A stretch of DNA of 64,000 bases from Candidatus Binatia bacterium (lineage in GTDB: Bacteria; Eisenbacteria; RBG-16-71-46; SZUA-252). Positions 61,839 to 64,000 of the stretch are shown one piece after another. The position numbers and the translations under genes are program-made. Position 1 is the first letter of the stretch, and every line of letters begins with the position of its first letter. The DNA lies in NCBI GenBank assembly GCA_035631035.1, contig DASQJL010000113.1, positions 131,703 to 195,702 on the forward strand, given 5' to 3'. The notes under the pieces were generated by a model. That model ran no database searches. It saw nothing but the letters and a program-made list of their open reading frames with translations, and was not told the DNA's origin.

Positions 61839-63263
61839 ATGGTCGAAACCATGAGCGCCGCGGCGTCCCGCGGCGGCACCCGCACCGAACGCGATTCCCT
61901 CGGTTCCCTCGAAGTCCCCGCGAACGCCTACTACGGCGTCCAGACCGCCCGGGCGGTCGCCAACTTCCCGATCAGCGGCGAGCGGCTCCATCCGGAGATG
62001 GTCCGCGCGGTGACGCGCATCAAGATCGCTGCCGCGCGCGCCAACGCCGAGCTGGGCGCGCTGGACGCGAAGAAGGCCGACGCCATCGTGCGCGCGGGTG
62101 AGGAGATCCTGGCCGGCAAGCACGACGACCAGTTCGTCGTGGACGCCTATCAGGCGGGCGCCGGCACGTCGTTCCACATGAACGTGAACGAAGTGATCGC
62201 CAACCGCGCGGCCGAGCTCCTGGGCGGCGAGCGGGGGGACACCAAGCTCGTGAGCCCGAACGATCACGTGAACATGGCCCAGTCCACGAACGACGTGATC
62301 CCCACCGCGATCCGTCTCGCGACGTACGTCTTGAGCGGCCCCGTCGTCGAGGAGATGCAGCTGCTCGCGCGATCGTTCGGAGAGCGGTCGCGCGCGTTCT
62401 CGGACGTGCTGAAGTCGGGGCGGACCCACCTTCAGGACGCGGTGCCGATCACCCTCGGCCAGGAGTTCGGCGGCTACCAGGTCGCCATCGACGGCTGGGC
62501 CGATTCCTTGAAGCGGAGCCGCGCGGGACTTCTGGCGCTGGGGCTCGGCGGGAACGCCGCGGGCACGGGGATCAACGCGCATCCGAAGTACCGCGAGCGA
62601 GCCGTGGCGAACCTGGCGGCCATGGTGGACGCCCCCTTCACGCCCGCACCCAACCTCTTCGAGGCGATGCAGTCGATGGCGCCGCTCGTCCGTCTCTCGA
62701 ACGACCTGCGCGGCTTCGCGCTCGACCTGACGCGAATCGCGAACGACCTGCGCCTGCTCGCCAGCGGGCCGACGACCGGCTTCAACGAGATCGTCCTCCC
62801 CACGGTGCAGCCGGGCTCCTCGATCATGCCGGGCAAGGTGAACCCGGTGATGCTCGAGATGACGAACATGGTCTGCTTCCAGGTGCTGGGCTACGACGCC
62901 ACGGTGGCCTATGCCGCGCAGGCGGGACAGCTCGAGCTGAACGTGATGATGCCGGTGATCGCGCACAACCTGCTCCGCTCGCTCCACATCCTCGCACCGG
63001 CCCTGAAGGCGCTGCGCGAGAAGTGCGTGGACGGAATCACCGCCAACGAGGAGGTCTGCCGCGGCTACTTCGACCGCTCGATCTCGGTCGCGACGGCGCT
63101 GAACCCCTACATCGGCTACCTCGCGGCCGCGGAGGTCGCGAAGGAGTCGGCGAAGACCGGAAAGACCGTGGTGCAGATCGTGCGGGAGCGGAAGCTCCTC
63201 ACCGAGGAGCAGATCGCGAAGGCATTCTCCCCCGAAGGGATGACGCACCCGGGCGGCAACTGA
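61839..63263 (+). CDS. aspA: aspartate ammonia-lyase (fumarate-lyase superfamily)
   Basis: ERDSLGSLEVPANAYYGVQTARAVANFPISG (aspartase-type N-terminus) and the GSSIMPGKVNP signature loop. Confidence 0.75.
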   Translation: MVETMSAAASRGGTRTERDSLGSLEVPANAYYGVQTARAVANFPISGERLHPEMVRAVTRIKIAAARANAELGALDAKKADAIVRAGEEILAGKHDDQFVVDAYQAGAGTSFHMNVNEVIANRAAELLGGERGDTKLVSPNDHVNMAQSTNDVIPTAIRLATYVLSGPVVEEMQLLARSFGERSRAFSDVLKSGRTHLQDAVPITLGQEFGGYQVAIDGWADSLKRSRAGLLALGLGGNAAGTGINAHPKYRERAVANLAAMVDAPFTPAPNLFEAMQSMAPLVRLSNDLRGFALDLTRIANDLRLLASGPTTGFNEIVLPTVQPGSSIMPGKVNPVMLEMTNMVCFQVLGYDATVAYAAQAGQLELNVMMPVIAHNLLRSLHILAPALKALREKCVDGITANEEVCRGYFDRSISVATALNPYIGYLAAAEVAKESAKTGKTVVQIVRERKLLTEEQIAKAFSPEGMTHPGGN

Positions 63264-63808
63264 TGGGCGCCAGCCCGGGTTCGACGATGACGGTGGCGCG
63301 CGGCCTCGGCGCCGCCGTCGTGCTGCTCCTCGCCGCGCTCGCGATCCCCGCCTGCTCCAAGCGCGACGGCCGGGTCCCCGAATCGACGGCGGCCCCCGTG
63401 GACACGGCCCGCATCAAGGCGGCCGAGGTCGCGTCCTGGCCCTACCGCCGCGAGATCTCGGCCGACCTCGACGGGGACAAGAAGCTCGACCGGGTCGTGA
63501 TCGCGGCGGACGTGGCGACGGGACCGACCGGGCCGCTGTGGCAGGACGCCCAGCGCTGGGCGGTCTACGTGGAGCCGGACAAGGGGGATCGGACGCTGTT
63601 GTACGGCGCCCTGGTGTCCCACGGCTTCGCCGAGGCGGCCGTGCTCGATCCCGACGAGAAGAACCACCGTCTGGTGCTGGTCCAGGAGCGTACGCCGGAG
63701 CAGGTGCGCGCGCTGGAGGTGGAGTACCGGAACGGCAAGGCCAAGCTGGTCTCGGCCGCCGCCTACCGGATCGGAGAGTGGCTCCCCGGCGCGGCCTCGA
63801 TGCGGTAG
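63263..63808 (+). CDS. hypothetical lipoprotein
   Basis: Start at the M81 ATG overlapping the aspA stop (TGATG). The following TVARGLGAAVVLLLAALAIPACS is a signal peptide plus lipobox. Confidence 0.5.
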   Translation: MGASPGSTMTVARGLGAAVVLLLAALAIPACSKRDGRVPESTAAPVDTARIKAAEVASWPYRREISADLDGDKKLDRVVIAADVATGPTGPLWQDAQRWAVYVEPDKGDRTLLYGALVSHGFAEAAVLDPDEKNHRLVLVQERTPEQVRALEVEYRNGKAKLVSAAAYRIGEWLPGAASMR

Positions 63809-63902
63809 CGCGACGGGCCGGTCCCACGGCCCTCGCGCGCTCCATGAAAAGCGGGGCGGCGCCTCGCGGCGACCGCCCCGCTCCTTGCGACTCGACTGCG
63901 GA

Positions 63903-64000
63903 TTACAGATTGAAGGCGACGCCCGCCCGGAACTGCATGTAATTCAGGCTCGAGCCGCTCGTCGCGACGTCATGATAGAGGCCCGTCACGTTCATGCGCG
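63903..64000 (-). CDS. C-terminal fragment of an outer-membrane beta-barrel protein (gene continues beyond window end)
   Basis: Minus-strand frame ends ...SSLNYMQFRAGVAFNL*, with a terminal aromatic-x-hydrophobic pattern typical of OMP C-termini. Too short and truncated for the ORF track. Confidence 0.3.
   Translation of the reverse strand, partial: RMNVTGLYHDVATSGSSLNYMQFRAGVAFNL

Overview
High-GC (~70%) bacterial chromosomal segment, densely coding. Genes run almost entirely on the minus strand from 1 to 53.3 kb, then on the plus strand from 54.5 to 63.8 kb. Content in order: (1) a leuB/leuA-like pair fused by start/stop overlaps to a thiolase-hbd-thiolase-crotonase operon. (2) A divergently transcribed DUF222/HNH endonuclease gene that carries three in-frame copies of an 18-bp perfect palindrome plus two further repeat arrays. 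(3) A BtuB-like TonB-dependent receptor preceded by a clear cobalamin riboswitch. (4) lemA, an AadA-like nucleotidyltransferase, a TPM-domain protein and yajQ. (5) A cystathionine beta-synthase / cystathionine gamma-lyase pair. (6) A 13-gene, co-oriented type IV pilus supercluster (pilB, pilC, pilA, a GT-C/DUF2723-TPR protein, three minor pilins, a PilX-type minor pilin fused to an NHL beta-propeller, pilM/N fusion, pilO, pilP, pilQ, a CheY-like regulator). (7) A 5'-nucleotidase/tetraheme cytochrome c fusion gene with a near-consensus promoter and SD, an in-frame TGA, a downstream hairpin and no canonical start codon. (8) HU and an LptD-like giant outer membrane protein. (9) folC, accD, rimI, tsaB, tsaE housekeeping genes. 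(10) A receiver-PglZ (PorX-like) response regulator with its sensor kinase. (11) serS and hemC. (12) A MacAB/Lol-like ABC efflux operon co-transcribed with two MetE-like paralogs. (13) An MFS transporter, a DUF971 protein, apbC, copA, a pdhA / thioesterase / pdhB / E2 / lipB operon, and aspA. No rRNA, tRNA or CRISPR array was seen. The many long antisense ORFs in the track are GC-content artefacts. Coordinates of refined starts were derived by residue arithmetic from the ORF track and have about +/-3 nt uncertainty where noted.
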